DNA of 62,949 nt, the filler included, from Octopus bimaculoides (lineage: Eukaryota): NCBI RefSeq assembly GCF_001194135.2. It is 6 parts of 5 records of this genome, joined end to end, with 100 filler letters (N's around TTAATTAATTAA, not from the genome) between each part and the next. Parts side by side here need not be neighbours in the genome. Positions count along the whole stretch, not along the records: positions 1 to 15,826 come from NC_068982.1; 5 more parts are not named here. One strand, written 5' to 3'. The translations under genes and the position numbers were made by a program. Below are positions 1 through 13,913 of the stretch, piece by piece. The notes beneath the pieces were generated by a model. The model did not search any database, was not told the DNA's origin, and was given only the letters and a program-made list of their open reading frames with translations. Position 1 is the stretch's first letter. The number at the start of each line of letters is the position of its first letter.

Positions 1-60
<60 letters not shown>

Positions 61-439
61 GTATACATGCATATATATGTATACACACATATTAAAAACC
101 TTCATACATATATACACACACACTTGCATATACATTTGCAAGTTCATGCGAATACATACACATACACACAGGCATGTATACGCTTAGAAATTGTTTCAAC
201 TTCTATGGATAGACACAGCTGATTGTATTAATACAGTGATACTTGAATATTCATTGGCTGAAAATATTCAGCTTTTGTTTTCTCTCTATTTACATGCATA
301 CACGTATGGGTGTTTTGTATATCTAACTTGAGCAGTTTTACTTCTTTACTTGCATCATTATCTCTCTCTTTCCATATATATATCACTATTTAGAATTTAG
401 AATTCAGTGTGTATTCCCGTTCGTATCATTGAACTCTAT

Positions 440-472
<33 letters not shown>

Positions 473-1406
473 NNNNNNNNNNNNNNNNNNNNNNNNNNNN
501 NNNNNNNNNNNNNNNNNNNNNNNNNNNNNNNNNNNNNNNNNNNNNNNNNNNNNNNNNNNNNNNNNNNNNNNNNNNNNNNNNNNNNNNNNNNNNNNNNNNN
601 NNNNNNNNNNNNNNNNNNNNNNNNNNNNNNNNNNNNNNNNNNNNNNNNNNNNNNNNNNNNNNNNNNNNNNNNNNNNNNNNNNNNNNNTATATATATGTAT
701 GCATATATAACCGTGAAAGAGAGGGAAATAAACTGTGAATGAGAGAGATTGGGAAGCGAAGAGAAGGATTTATTTGGTTTCGCATGGAAAGTGAGTCTTG
801 TGCAACCGAAAAAGGATCGTCATTATGACAACCATCCATTATTTTAGTCTAAATAGAAATACATACACACACGCATACACACACACACACACACACACGC
901 ACACACTCAAACAAACAAAACACGCAGAGCACACTCACGTGCATGCACATTCATAGACATACAAGCACACATGCGTACACGGGCATGCGTATATGTCATA
1001 ACAATGGTATATATTATCACACATACATGCATGTGCATTCACTCATAATAACGCACAATTAAATGATTTTCTAATATTAGAAACAAGAAAACCCGGAAAA
1101 ATCCTAGTATCCTCATCCAAAATACCGTTGCATCGGTGCTGTATAAATATAATTTCTTTGTCAATCGGAACACTCATTTGCAGTTGTAAGCTCATAATAA
1201 AATTACCATTCATGAGAATATTGTACAATATTGTATCCAGAGGAAATTATTCTATAAAACACTTCTAGGTTCTGATGAAGAGTATGATAATATCACAGTT
1301 TCTAATGTATTGCCATTTGTCTTAGGATTTTTTGCATCAACTACTTGCATTTACATACATGCAAATGTACAAAGTGCTGCGAACATTGAAATACAAATAT
1401 ATGCCA

Positions 1407-1452
<46 letters not shown>

Positions 1453-2010
1453 TTTGTCTGTGCGTAACATGTATATGTATATAATTCCGTTGTTTAATAT
1501 ATACCATGATTCTATTGCTAGCTTAGTATTGTGAATGGAATCAAGTTTCCTTAATTAGAATTTCTATCGCACTTGAAATACAATGATTCACAAAAGTATA
1601 ATTTCATACCTTTACATTTATTTGTAGCATGATTCATATTTAAGAAACATAATAGAATATATATTTATTAATTTTATTATATACATCTTGTATATGCTTG
1701 TCATTTTGTTATATTTGTGTGTTTTCGAAGAAACCTTATTTTTTCTAAATCTCTCAACAAGAAACATTCAATAACAGTACTCTAAAGTAAAGATCCCCTC
1801 GAACAGGGGAGTTTAGCATCCCTACTTAGCACAAATGTTTGCAACGTATTTCTCTTTGCCATTGCTATGCATACATGCATACATACATACACATATATTC
1901 GGAGATGATGAACACTGATTTACAAACCAAAAGCGATATTATCTTTGTATCTAAACTTTGCCAAATCTTTTGAAAACATTAAATAGGAATTTCAATATCC
2001 TTTTCTACTC

Positions 2011-2581
2011 TAGGCATAAGGCCCGAATGTTTGGGGAAGGGGGCGAGTCGATTAGATCGACCCCAGTACGCAACTGGTACTTAATTTATCGATCTCGTTG
2101 ATGAAAGGCAAAGTCGACCTCGGCGGAATTTGAACTCAGAACGTAAAGACAGACGAAATACCGTTAAGCGTTTCGCTGGGCGTGCTAACGTTTCTGCCAG
2201 CTCGCCGCATTAAAACATTCTTTTCTACACTAGGCACAAGGCCTGAAGTTTTGGGAGAGGAGGCCAGTCAATTAGAGCGATCTCAGTACGCAACTGGTAC
2301 TTACTATCTTGCTATCTAAACTTTGCCAAGTCTTTTGAAAAAGTTAAATAGGAATTTCAATATCCTTTATACTCTAAGCACAAGGCCCGAATCTTTGGGA
2401 GACGGGGGGGGGCAGTCGATTAAATCGACCCCAGTACGCAACTGGTACTTAATTTATCTACCCCGAAAGGATGAAAGGCAAAGTCGACTTTATCAGAATT
2501 TGAATTCAGAACATAAAGACAGACGAAATACCGCTAAGCGTTTCGCCCGGCGTGCTAACGTTTCTGCCAACTCGCCGCCTT
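2011..2581 (-). mobile_element. Cluster of tRNA-derived SINE family A (copies 2011-2210, partial 2231-2305, and 2365-2581 with a 17-bp TSD)
   Basis: Sense strand reads GGCGGCGAGCTGGCAGAAACGTTAG (A box)...GAGTTCAAATTC (B box)...GCCTTTCATCCTTTCGGGGTCGATAAATTAAGTACCAG. ATAGGAATTTCAATATC at 2348-2364 and 2582-2598. Confidence 0.85.
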
Positions 2582-3259
2582 ATAGGAATTTCAATATCAG
2601 AACGAGACAGATAGCGCTACTGGGAAAAATATCACTATGATAAAGAAAGAAAGAAAGAAAGAAAGAAAGAAACAGAAAACCGATGCTTGACTTGTTGGCT
2701 TTTCGAATGACAAGCGGAATAAAACCTGCTTTAATTACATGTCAATGTAGTATATACTGGAAAACTGGAAGGCAACTGAATGTGACAATGTATCAAGCAG
2801 TAATATGAAACTCGACAATGAAAGGGAATACCACGGGAGACTTCATTTACTACTTACTGTGTTACGGGTAGGTAGAAGGAGATATTAGAGGGAAGTGATT
2901 AAAGTGGATATACTTGATATGGATGAAATCCAAAGAAGATTCCATCGAAGTTTAGAATCCGTAGGCGAAGACGGAAATAAGAACTGAAGGTAATTTATCC
3001 CCTAATGATACGGTTAATTATGTTATTATTCCACGAGTTAATCATGGTATATAAAATATGTCATTTGTTGCTTTTATTCTATATTTTTGTGAACAGTGTC
3101 GGACTAATCACAAGTTTCAATGTATTTGCGTCGGCGAGACTGATACGGTAGACTCTAGGCAAACCAGGTAGTGACATATCACAGAAGAGACCACTCAGAA
3201 TCCCTCTTATACATATGCATGCATAGATACACACATAGATACAAATATATAAACACACA

Positions 3260-3300
<41 letters not shown>

Positions 3301-3558
3301 GCATACACACATATATACGTGCATCAATGCATGCATATATAGACACGCATGCACATACATATATACATCCACACATACACGCATATACATACATATTCAG
3401 ACAAATATTATATATATATATATATATATATCTTTCAAATGTCTTTTATTCTCCCGGCCGATCAAAGCCTTGTGAGTTGATTTGGTTGAGGGGAAACTGA
3501 AGGAAACCGTCTTATGTGTGTATATATAAATGTGTATGTATATATGTGTGAGTGCGTG

Positions 3559-3589
<31 letters not shown>

Positions 3590-4817
3590 ATGTGTTTGAG
3601 TTTTGTTCTTCCTCATCACCATTTGACAATCGGTGTTGGTTTGTTTATGTTCCCTTAACCTGGTTGTTCGGCAAGAGAAACGATAGAGCACGTGCCAAGC
3701 TTTAAGAAATAAGAACTGGTGTTGATATTGTTTACTAAAATCTTTAAGACGATACTCCAGCATGGCCGCAGTATAATGACAGAAAGACAGAAACAAGTGA
3801 AAGACAAAATAATAGTTATGAAAACATACAATTTTATGAATATTTAAAAAAGAATTGAATGTGTTAAATGTCAAAATGGTTCGCTCCCAGCGAGAAGTCG
3901 ACGAAGCATCAATCAAAAGTTTAAAATTGTTCCTAAACATGCGTGTATTCTGTCCAGTGACAAAATAAACAAGAAAAAAAAAAAGGCTTGTAAAAGCTAC
4001 AAAATGCGAAATTTGGATGATTTAATTGTTTGCAGTAAAAGGTTAAACACTATCATTTAATGAATGGAAGCCCACTGGATAAAAAGTAATTCATAGTATG
4101 TACAAGAAACGATATATTCGGAGAGACTGAGAGAGATAAATTACGTCAAATGTCTCCAAAATAAAATTATCGTTAAGTAAAATTAAGTGGTGGCTAAAAA
4201 TACTAAATGATTAAGCAATAATAGTGATTAAAACTTTGGGCGGAAATGAGGTATAAATAGGAGTGAAAATTTTTATTAGAGCAATTTAAAATGACAAGAA
4301 ATCAAAGATTTAGTAGTAAAGAAAAAGAAGAAACATTTTCTATGTAATTTAAGAAGGTAAATAGAAATGTATAAGAGCGAATAACTCAGTACAATACTTG
4401 GTAACTAGTTGTAGCTAAGTTAGCGAGTTAAAACACACACACACACACAGAATCTTACCTGCGTGCACAGTTGAATATACTATTGCTACGGATGAGTTTA
4501 GAGCTCCGCATGGAATATCATCGTCCTGGCTACTTTTAGGAGAGTGGTGTATTAATTACTGTATTTAGTAAAATTACATGTTTTGGTATGTACAGCAAAT
4601 ATTGGAGAAAGTTTCATAAACACAAGATGCAGCTTATATAATTTTTTCCTACACACGTTTCGTCATTGTGGTATTTTCATCCTTTGCTGTGGTTGTTCAT
4701 AATGCAATTGAACGTAGATCCATGACGTTCCTTTAAGGGATCACTTTCTTACATATTGTGTTGGTACTGATCAAATGAACACACACGCACACTCACACAC
4801 ACGCACGCACGCACACG

Positions 4818-4860
<43 letters not shown>

Positions 4861-5149
4861 TTGCTTATTGGTATACAATGCATTAGCGAGTTAAAGTTTA
4901 TAACAATTAAATGGATTGTTAGATATACGATAATTCACGGAAAGGTAATCATATGTAAAGAATAATTTAAAGTACAAGTGACGGAAATTTAAAGCATATT
5001 TCATTGAAAGTAAAATTCGAATCTTTAGTGTTTTACACATCAAAATATAGAGAATAAGAAGAAATAGCGGGACAGACATTGCGGTGTGGCTGGAAGATAT
5101 GTGAAGTACGTGAATACACACACTCACACAAATGAATATTATGTATATA

Positions 5150-5265
5150 TGTATTTGATTATTCTGTTTTATTTCAAGATTTCTTGCTAGTAGAGAAAGA
5201 GCCGATTTCTAACCTAGATCCAAGGCTCCTTCATTGGAATTTCAACATCAACAACAATGTATTTT
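5150..5265 (-). mobile_element. 3'UTR-only fragment of a related RLE family
   Basis: TTCCAATGAAGGAGCCTTGGATCTAGGTTAGAAATCGGCTC is homologous to the 3'UTRs at 5460-5515 and 62461-62505; it lies between (TACA)n-like tracts. Confidence 0.6.
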
Positions 5266-5424
5266 CGGTTGTGTGTATGCATATGTCCAGATTTATATGT
5301 TTCGCTTTATGTATGTATTCTCATGCATATAGTTGAATATCTAGACATGCTTATGTATGTATGTATGTATGTAAGTATGTATGTATGTATGTATGTATGT
5401 ATGTATGTATGTATGTATGTATGT

Positions 5425-5705
5425 GTGTCTTTTCTGTTTTTAATCATTTAAATTTTTCTTCCGAAGAAGGAACAGGTTTCTAACAAAGATACAAAGCTCC
5501 ATATTTGGAATGTAGACAAAGAAAACAATGTCATATTTTAAACTTAAGAAAAGTCTTGTATAGTTTTAAGGTTCCGCTCATAGATTGTATTTGTGCAATG
5601 CGAACCAGTTGGTTGATTTCTTTTGCAGTAAATCCAAGCTTATCCGGACTGACAGATAGGCATTTGCTTAGAAAACCAACTGCTCCAATTATTATTGACT
5701 ACAAG
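5425..5705 (-). mobile_element. Short 5'-truncated copy of the same RLE family as 61420-62545
   Basis: Minus frame SIIIGAVGFLSKCLSVSPDKLGFTAKEINQLVRIAQIQSMSGTLKLYKTFLKFKI* aligns with PIITEALGFVSKCLKENLDKLGFSERETDGLIRTLQVQSVSGTVKIYKTFFKFQM. A homologous 3'UTR follows, then (TACA)n. Confidence 0.85.
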
Positions 5706-5738
5706 CACGCATGCATATATATATATATATTCAGAGAG

Positions 5739-5798
<60 letters not shown>

Positions 5799-7663
5799 GG
5801 AGAGAGAAGGAGAAAAAGAAAGAAAGAGAGGTAGAGATACATGCATATTCACACATACACACACACACTCGCATAAACATTTGCACTTGTCGATCTGCAA
5901 CCGACACTGACTAAGTTGTTGTTTTCAAGTAACAGACTAACTCAGGACGATTCATTGAATATGTGATGTTTTGTTTTCTTGTCTCTTTCACTAACAAGGT
6001 ATACAAAAATATACTTGTTTTCTCGTAACAGGTGTATTTTTCTGTTCATTATTGCTGTAGGATTGCATATGATGTAATTTTTCCCAGTCATGATTAATAG
6101 GTGTCTTTGTATTATATTCCATTCCTATGGCTCACTATATAAACTTACTTTAACCACCGTAGTTTCTTTAAAATTCCACGTTATGAATTTGATCAGTATT
6201 TCTGAGTAAGAGCAATCCGTCGCTTCTTGCATGGCAATAAGTGATCTCAAGCAAATGTGATGTACTTTGCAGCAATATTCGACAGATAATAATTTCATAC
6301 TTGATACACCACTGGAACTTGAATGGTTTCCTGGTATTCAGTGGCTTTTGTATGTTAGTAAGCTAATCTTCTCTTACTTTAGTAACTTTTATAATTTCAT
6401 CAACACCGAATGCATTGTTGTCAATAATTTAATGCTGTCAAAATGATATGTAGTTACTCCTCTACAAATATCGACAAATTTTCCGAAAGTTACAACATTA
6501 GTAAAATTGAGTGACTTACAAATTTGTCAAGAAAGAGAAAATCGAATTTAGCGTTTTAAAATACCATTTCTGTGTCCGTAACCATTAGTTCTCCAGTCCT
6601 CTTGTTGACCTTCTGAATTCTTTCTATTTGGTTAATATATAGAAACAGCTTAGGAAAAATAAAGTTGTACAGTATATGCTATTTGAATTGTTGGTAATAA
6701 TTTGGCCTAAGTAGAGTATTGCTGTTCTGAAGATAGGTTCCATTTATATTTCCATTAAATTTATAGCGAAATCTCCAATACAATAGAGAACCTGTTAGAG
6801 AAAGCAGCAGTATACCCTTTCCTCTAATAATTTGAACAGAATATTTTGCCTGAGATATAAAGTACTGTTCTAATGATTTAAATTTCATGTTTAAGTCGAG
6901 ATGCTTCACTTAAAATTCATCTGCGTAGATTTCTTTTATTTTAAAACTGATTTTACTCAGCTGGATCTTTATCGATCCTTGAAAAATGTCAGGGAGGATT
7001 CTTGTTCTCATAAAGCGATTATAAATATCACTGAGTTACAGTGACATTTTATTTTTAACTCAGGATTAACGAAATTCCTATATCAAGAGTCGAAGCCACC
7101 GCGTCATGAATTTCCATTTTGTTTATTTATCATTCACTTTTAAATGCTAAGAAAATCTTTAACTTGAGTTTCCTGAAGAGGTTGAGATATAAACATTATT
7201 CATTTTAAACGACTATGATTTAGAGATAAGCTAACAAATTTCTGTTTGCCACTAAAATTTATTAAAAATTTATTAAAAGAGAACGTTTTATTTGTTCCGT
7301 TCTGCAATGTTTGAAGATGTATAAAGACTAAATATATCGTATTTTATTTATTGCCGATAGAAGCTACTGGAATGTTTGACAATTTGATTACTTATTTCTA
7401 CTTGTATCTGACAATATTAAATTTCTTTGCAATGATAATTAACATTGTATATTTATGCCCCTTGCCATACATCTGAATTATGAATTTGCTTGTCTGAATG
7501 TTTAAGACAAATGTCTGAAATTTTTATCGTATACCACATTTTATTTATCTTTAGCTCATATACGAGCGAAAAAAACAGTTATACTATATACTGGAGTTTT
7601 ATCTCCATTAAAATTCTCGTATTCTACATTTGCTCATACTGAGCACTTAATATAGTAATAACT

Positions 7664-9895
7664 ATGGAGAAACTATTTCTGGATTTGTCAACAAAGAACA
7701 TTCCAATACCACCTAGGCATCTATATAGAGAAATCATGTTGCAAAAACTAGCGAATATAAAAGAAGATTAAGATGGAGAGTATTCCATTACGACCAGATG
7801 CATAAACGAAACAGCAATATCATCGATGAAAGCAATCATTCTTCCAATGAATTGAACTTGAAATCCCCTAGAAAACCTCCAAATAATCCGGACTTATTGA
7901 ACTTCGAAAAAGATCTTATCCGCATCGTACAGAAATTAATATTTCAGAAGATCACCAATCCGCTCAACAATAAAATTTCCAAAATTAAGGATATAAAGAA
8001 CTCTCCGAATTTGCATGTACTATCTGATAAAACTGAAAATATCTACTCAATTCCAATCGAGGAATGTAATAAACTACTACTGAAAGAATTGAGCTCCAAG
8101 TAAAAAGTAGCCACGAATAATGCTCTTAATGATATAAATACTAATCATTATAGGCTCATTAGGGAATTAAACTTACTCGATAAAACTGAACCATGCACCC
8201 CTAAAACGCCTTATTTTATTTTAAAGGATCATGAGCCGGATTTTGAAAGCAAACATAATATTAGATTAATCTGTCCCACGAAATCCGACTTGGGTAGAAT
8301 TAGTAAAGCTATAATTCATAGAATTCTCCCTCACATTAGAAGTAGTAATGATAATTATTACCAGTCAATAACTCCAGATCTTTTGGATAGAGCAATAACC
8401 TTCGTTGAGAAATTTTAAGAAATATCCCCTCTGGAAAAGGATTTCATTTCAAATGCTAGGAAAACCCTAATTGCATTTAATGAGTGGACTCGAAGTGATA
8501 CTCAGAATAACTTCGATATAACTATGGGGTTAGCAGATTCGGCCCAGATTACTGGTTTGGTGGGCCACTTTCTACTCTCTGAAATAAAAGAATATTTTTC
8601 ACACTATTAAGGGAGACCTTTATAGAGATGACGACTTATTTGCGATCCCTAATTTGTCACTACATATTGGAGATAAAACTAGAAAAGCTTTATTAAATTT
8701 TTTTAAGAAATAAAATTTAAATATAACCGTCGGTAATACTACTAAAATAGCTAGTTTCCTGAATGTTACCTTTAATTTAAAGAACGGCTAGTATTCCACA
8801 TACCATAAACTGAATATGGCAATGCAATATATAAATTGTAAATCAAATCATCCCCGTAGTGTCATTAACGCTATTATAACTGGGGTATCCATTAGAAAAT
8901 CAGATTTGTCTAGTAATGAAGATATATTTAATAACCATGCCCCCCCCCCCTATATAATCAAGCACTCAGAAATAGTGGATTTAACCAGGAAATTTATTAT
9001 ATATCTAATATAATTTTTAAAAACAAGTTAAATAAGGATAAATCAGTAATAGGCAACCAGATAAATTACGCTAATAAACAATTTGTGCATAAAACATGGT
9101 TTTAGAAGCACGAATTATAGGCCGACCGTTACTACTAATAAAAATGATAAGAAATGTAGGAAAGGGGATATAATTTGGTTCACTCTACCTTTTTCTCTTC
9201 AAATTAGGAATCACCATAAATTATTTTATAAGAGTGCTGAGTAAAACTTCCCTGAAGTACCTAAATACCACTCAATTTTCAACAAACATTGTTTGAAAGT
9301 ATCATACTCGATAACTCCAAATTTAGGCTCAATTATAGCCACAAATTATAGACATAAACTTAGTAATAATATTAATAATAGTCTAAATAAGGATCCTATG
9401 GGGCCAGTTTCTAGTGAAACAATTTGTAGTGTGGATATAGCGGATAGGAGTACCACTACTAAATCCTTAAATAAAACTTGTAATTGCCGCTCCCAGGAAT
9501 CATGTCCTTTAGGAGCGAACTGCCTGCAAAAAATAAAACGCAGTATATAAGTGCGAAGTTAGTTCAGTAAGCCCTACGGGACATAGGAATAGTTATACAG
9601 GGAGCACCATTGATTTTTAAAATAGACATAGGGGAACAAAAACTCATTTATTCACCCCAATATAAAACTTCTATGATATTAGTTTCATACATTAACCCCC
9701 TGAAAGAGTCTAACATTGAGTATAATTTAAGGTGGTCGATAATTACTGAATCAACACCATATAACACATACTAAATCTTGTAGGCTTTGCATAAAGGAAT
9801 CGAGTAGCATACTATACGCTAGTAATAGAAATAAAAACTTATTAAATAAAATTACGGTTTAGTATGTTGTAAGCATAAATATTTAGCAACTTTAA
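7664..9895 (+). mobile_element. Penelope-like retroelement, near full-length but decayed RT + GIY-YIG ORF
   Basis: Frames joined across stops and frameshifts give MEKLFLDLSTKNIPIP (N-terminus), LKSPRKPP..LLNFEKDL, SDKTENIY, FDITMGLADSAQITGLVG (RT motif B'), LYRDD, SNHPRSV, KVSYSITPN, CNCRSQESCPLGANCL, YTGST (GIY-YIG) and CRLCIKE..LLNK. Confidence 0.9.
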
Positions 9896-9979
9896 AATTT
9901 TTAAAATTTAAAAATTTTAAAGAATTTGAACTTTAAAATTTAAAAAATCCCTAATTTCTTAAATATAGAACTAGGTTAG

Positions 9980-11800
9980 TATTTGCTAAGGAGTTGAGGA
10001 TGGTTACGTGGGGTTGTATAATATGATAATTATTGTGCCCAGTTGTATCTTCTGTGTCCGGCTCTATTTTTACAAGAGGTATAGTTGAGCGTTGTGGTAA
10101 ATTTAAGGATCGGGTGTTAGTAGCGGAATTATACTTGAAGTTATGAGGGTTAATGTTGTTAAGGGGGTCAGTTGGTGCTTTGGGTTTATATGTATGGAGC
10201 TGGGGGCTATGTTGAGTTAATTCATTAAGGTGGAAGGTAGCTGGTTGTGGAATTCTGAGTTTGCTGTTATTAAGATGTCGGATAACTTCGGCAATGTTGG
10301 TGGAGTGGTGGAGTAGGAAAATTTTATAGATTGGGGGTTAAATATTTTTCTAAGGGGGGTAGATTTTGGGAAGTGTTTTTCAAGTAAGGCGAAGAAGAGT
10401 TTAGGTACTCAACTCTGAACATTAAGGGTGAAGGTTGAGATGGATCCAGATAATGTCCCGGGTTCTGTTTCTTTTAATCCGATTAGGGGTGTTACCTGGA
10501 TGGGGATAGAGTTTTGGAGCTATACGCTGGTGTCTGATGCAGTGAGGATTTATGGTCATCTGGTAGGAGGGTTGTTTGTTACGTCGTCTGTTACACTGAA
10601 ATTTGGACTGGTATTGGGAAGTGGTATAGGGAGGTATTGTATGTTTACTATATAGGCGTGCGGTGCTGTTTTCAGTTCTGGGTTTAGTGGAGAGAGGAAT
10701 ATCCTACATGGGGATGTATTCGGTTGAGTTTTTATATCCAGCACGCTGTAGGGCACAATTGTAATATTCAGCATATTGATCGAATAAATCCTTATTAGCA
10801 GATAGTGAGGAAATTCGGTAGGAAACGCTTTCCACGATAGAATCACTGGGCCCCATGGGGTTGTCGAAAAAGTTGGGTGTATCCTTGCAGGCCCAGGATT
10901 TCCCATCGAACTGTATGATATTTCGGCAGGCTGCTAACATTATATCAATATCGACACAAAATAGGCTGGAATGTTTTTTGGTGAAAATTAGAGCCTTATT
11001 TAGAAGGATAGGAGATATGTATAAAATTAAAGGTGTGCTTAGGACAGAGAATTGAACCATTGGATAACTTCAGTGATTTGGGTTCATTGTTTTAACGTAG
11101 ATGTGACGGAAAGATGGGGTATCATTCGATCGATTATAATTTTGCTGATCTTACCTACATCGGAGCTGGAGGGGCAGCTGAGGCGATGGGAGGGGTCCGC
11201 CGCGAAGTTTTCTTTGTGATCCTTTAAGCTGATATGATGTGGGGGAGGTGTGGATGATTCGGTCCTATCCTCAAGTCCAAGTTTAAAAGCGAGATATCTA
11301 TTTTTGCAGTTGATTTCTTTTATAGCCGAATAAGAACAATTCTTTTGTCCTTGTTTAGTTGTTTGAGTATAAAATCTCGGTATTTGTCCAGGGAAACATT
11401 GAATAAATTGTCATATCAGCATGAACGAAGATTCCTGGGTATTTCTAAATTTTCTGGATAATCTTATCGATTTTGGTTAGGTGGGGGTTGGTCGCTTTTC
11501 TTTTGGGTTTAAATTTTATGTTTTTGACCATATTCGAAATTGTCGAGGTGTCGGTTTAGAGGTGGGTTTTTGCAGAATCTAAATTCGCAGAGTAGGGCTT
11601 GAGGGCTTAGATTATCAGAGTTGGTTGTAGAGTTGCAGAGAGAGAGAGAGAGAGAGTGTGAATAATGAATTTCATGTACTCGGTTTTGTTGGTAAGTGGT
11701 ATATCCTTAAGCGACAAGTTTAGTTTTATTTTCTCTAATTCCGTGTCTTCCACAAAATTAGCGTTCACTAAATTAAGAACAAGTGATCGAAATGTAGGAA
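9980..11800 (-). mobile_element. Second Penelope-like element (related but distinct family), internally deleted and 3'-truncated
   Basis: Minus-strand peptides KLNLSLKDIPLTNKTEYMKF, LLNKALIFTKKHS..FDGKSW..FFDNPMGPSDS, VSYRISSLSANKDLF..YNCALQRAGY and FFALLEKHFPK..SIKFSYSTTP. No GIY-YIG was seen. Confidence 0.85.
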
Positions 11801-12009
11801 GAAAGTTAGCCTCAAGCGATCCGTAGTATATAAAACAAATTCCAGGGACTATATTGGTTTATTGAAACGGAAGGTTCTGAATTTTTTTCGTATCGAAGTA
11901 CGATAAACTGAAAAAAGCTCTTTTTATATTTTGCGGTAGGTGACCAGGATTGCCGGGTGTGCGAATAAGAATACAAGAATTACGGAATGGAGTAGATAAG
12001 ATCCGAGCT

Positions 12010-12090
<81 letters not shown>

Positions 12091-12776
12091 GTGGAGCGTA
12101 TGAAAATACATACCTACAGACATATATATGAGTATAGAGAACATATGGTTCTTTATGTAACACATTGCTATACGTTCTACGCATGAGGCGCGTCTAGAGA
12201 TGCCAATGTGTACAGTTTACATCAATATTTACATATAAGTCTGTCAATACAAACAAAGGTTATATTATGGTTAAGACCTTTATCTATATATTACATCGAT
12301 TGGAAAGCGGCATAGTATAATTTATTTCAAGTAACTTAATTCAAATCTCATTGTATTTACCATTCACCTTCATATGTTACCAGTTTGATTAGTAGCGTAA
12401 ACAGAAAGCATAAATCACAATATGAAATCCAGCCATCTGTTATATCGAAAATAACAAACAAAAAATATGTTGTGTTGCTTATAGGGACATTGATATTGAT
12501 TGAAATGAAATATTGTTCTTGTTTTATCTCGTTTAAAAGTTGCAACAACTAGTTAAAGTAACTTGATTTTTCTTGAACCAGAATGGAAGACATCGAGCAA
12601 ACAAATGATAAACTTAAATAAGTTTAATGAAAAAATATGGTTGCACACGAGTGTCTGGCGGAAACGAAGTGTAGCAGATATTAACTGTTAAAAAGATGAC
12701 AGGATGACAGAAACTCTTTGAACTAAATAACTTCAACAAACATATTTATATGTTGATAAAACTGTCTCTTGGCCGC

Positions 12777-12815
<39 letters not shown>

Positions 12816-13226
12816 AATGTATATGTGTGTGTGCATGCGTGTGTGCGTGCTTGTATATTGTGTATATATACACACACATAAAATATGTGCATACATACAC
12901 AGACAAGGAGGCACACACACATGCATACACACGCGTGTGTGTGTGTGTGTATGTATGCATATATCGTATGTATGTATGTATGTAAGTATGTATGTATGTA
13001 TGTATGTATGTACACACATTCCAATCTTCTGCAAAACAAGTGAGGAACTCCCAGTTCTCATGGATTTTGCAAGTCCCTACCTCCTAGATCTGTGGCAGGA
13101 GTGTAGTTGATATTCAGATGGTACCATACGTGCGCGCGCGAATTCCTTTGTCGCTCACTCCCATCTTGACTCTTCCTCTCCCCAAGAAGCAAGACCATTT
13201 ATATCCCCTTCGATCGGATCTAATTC

Positions 13227-13273
13227 ACTCCTGCATTTATATTTCCGACGCAAAAGACTGTCTTCAGAGGAAT
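13227..13273 (-). ncRNA. Decayed type I hammerhead motif downstream of the 13.9-14.7 kb PLE
   Basis: ATTCCT-CTGAAGA-CAGTCTTTTGCGTCG-GAAA-T-ATAA-ATGC-AGGAGT. Stem I is 6 bp; stem II and the cleavage site are degenerate. Confidence 0.5.
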
Positions 13274-13913
13274 ACATTCAAAGAAATGTTTATTTATATA
13301 CATCCTGCTATTTTGTATAGCCTGGTGCTTGTGCTAGTAGCAGCAGCTTTCCAAATGTTGCTGTATTTGATGCTGTAGAGGTCACGTTGGTGACGGTGGT
13401 GCTTGAGATGATAAAGACTGGCTGTAGTTTGGCAGTAGTTTTGGTGAAGGCGGTTGTTCATCGTGATGAATGCCATGGTAGTAATGGTAGTCAGTGATGA
13501 TGTTGTCTACATTGTGGTAGTGGTAAGTGTCGTGGGAGTAGTGGGTGATGGCGTTGATAGGGTATGTTCTTGTAATAGTCGTGGGCAGGAAGTTAGATGG
13601 TGACCAAGATCAAACACTTCTCGTAGCGGCCGGCCATAACGATGGTAAAAGTGAGTGGTGGCGGCGAATATGGTACTGGTAGGTAAATGTGCTAGTCACT
13701 GTCATGGTGATGAAGATACTGGTCGCAGTCCCTAAGATGCAGGGAGTGTTCGATATTATATCTATAAGAGGCACCTCTTCAACTCCGATCCGCTATCGAT
13801 TTTTGGGTCAAGATGGTGGATCAGTAAATCTTCCTTGATACTGAGATTTCCTGTGCTCCTCTCCCAAACCAGTATGGAGGCGCATATCTGTTTCATACTG
13901 TTGCTGCGTTTGG

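Noticed and set aside
1043-1300. High-complexity stretch with a 61-aa ORF
   Set aside because: No motif recognised and no clear splice sites; it cannot be supported as an exon.
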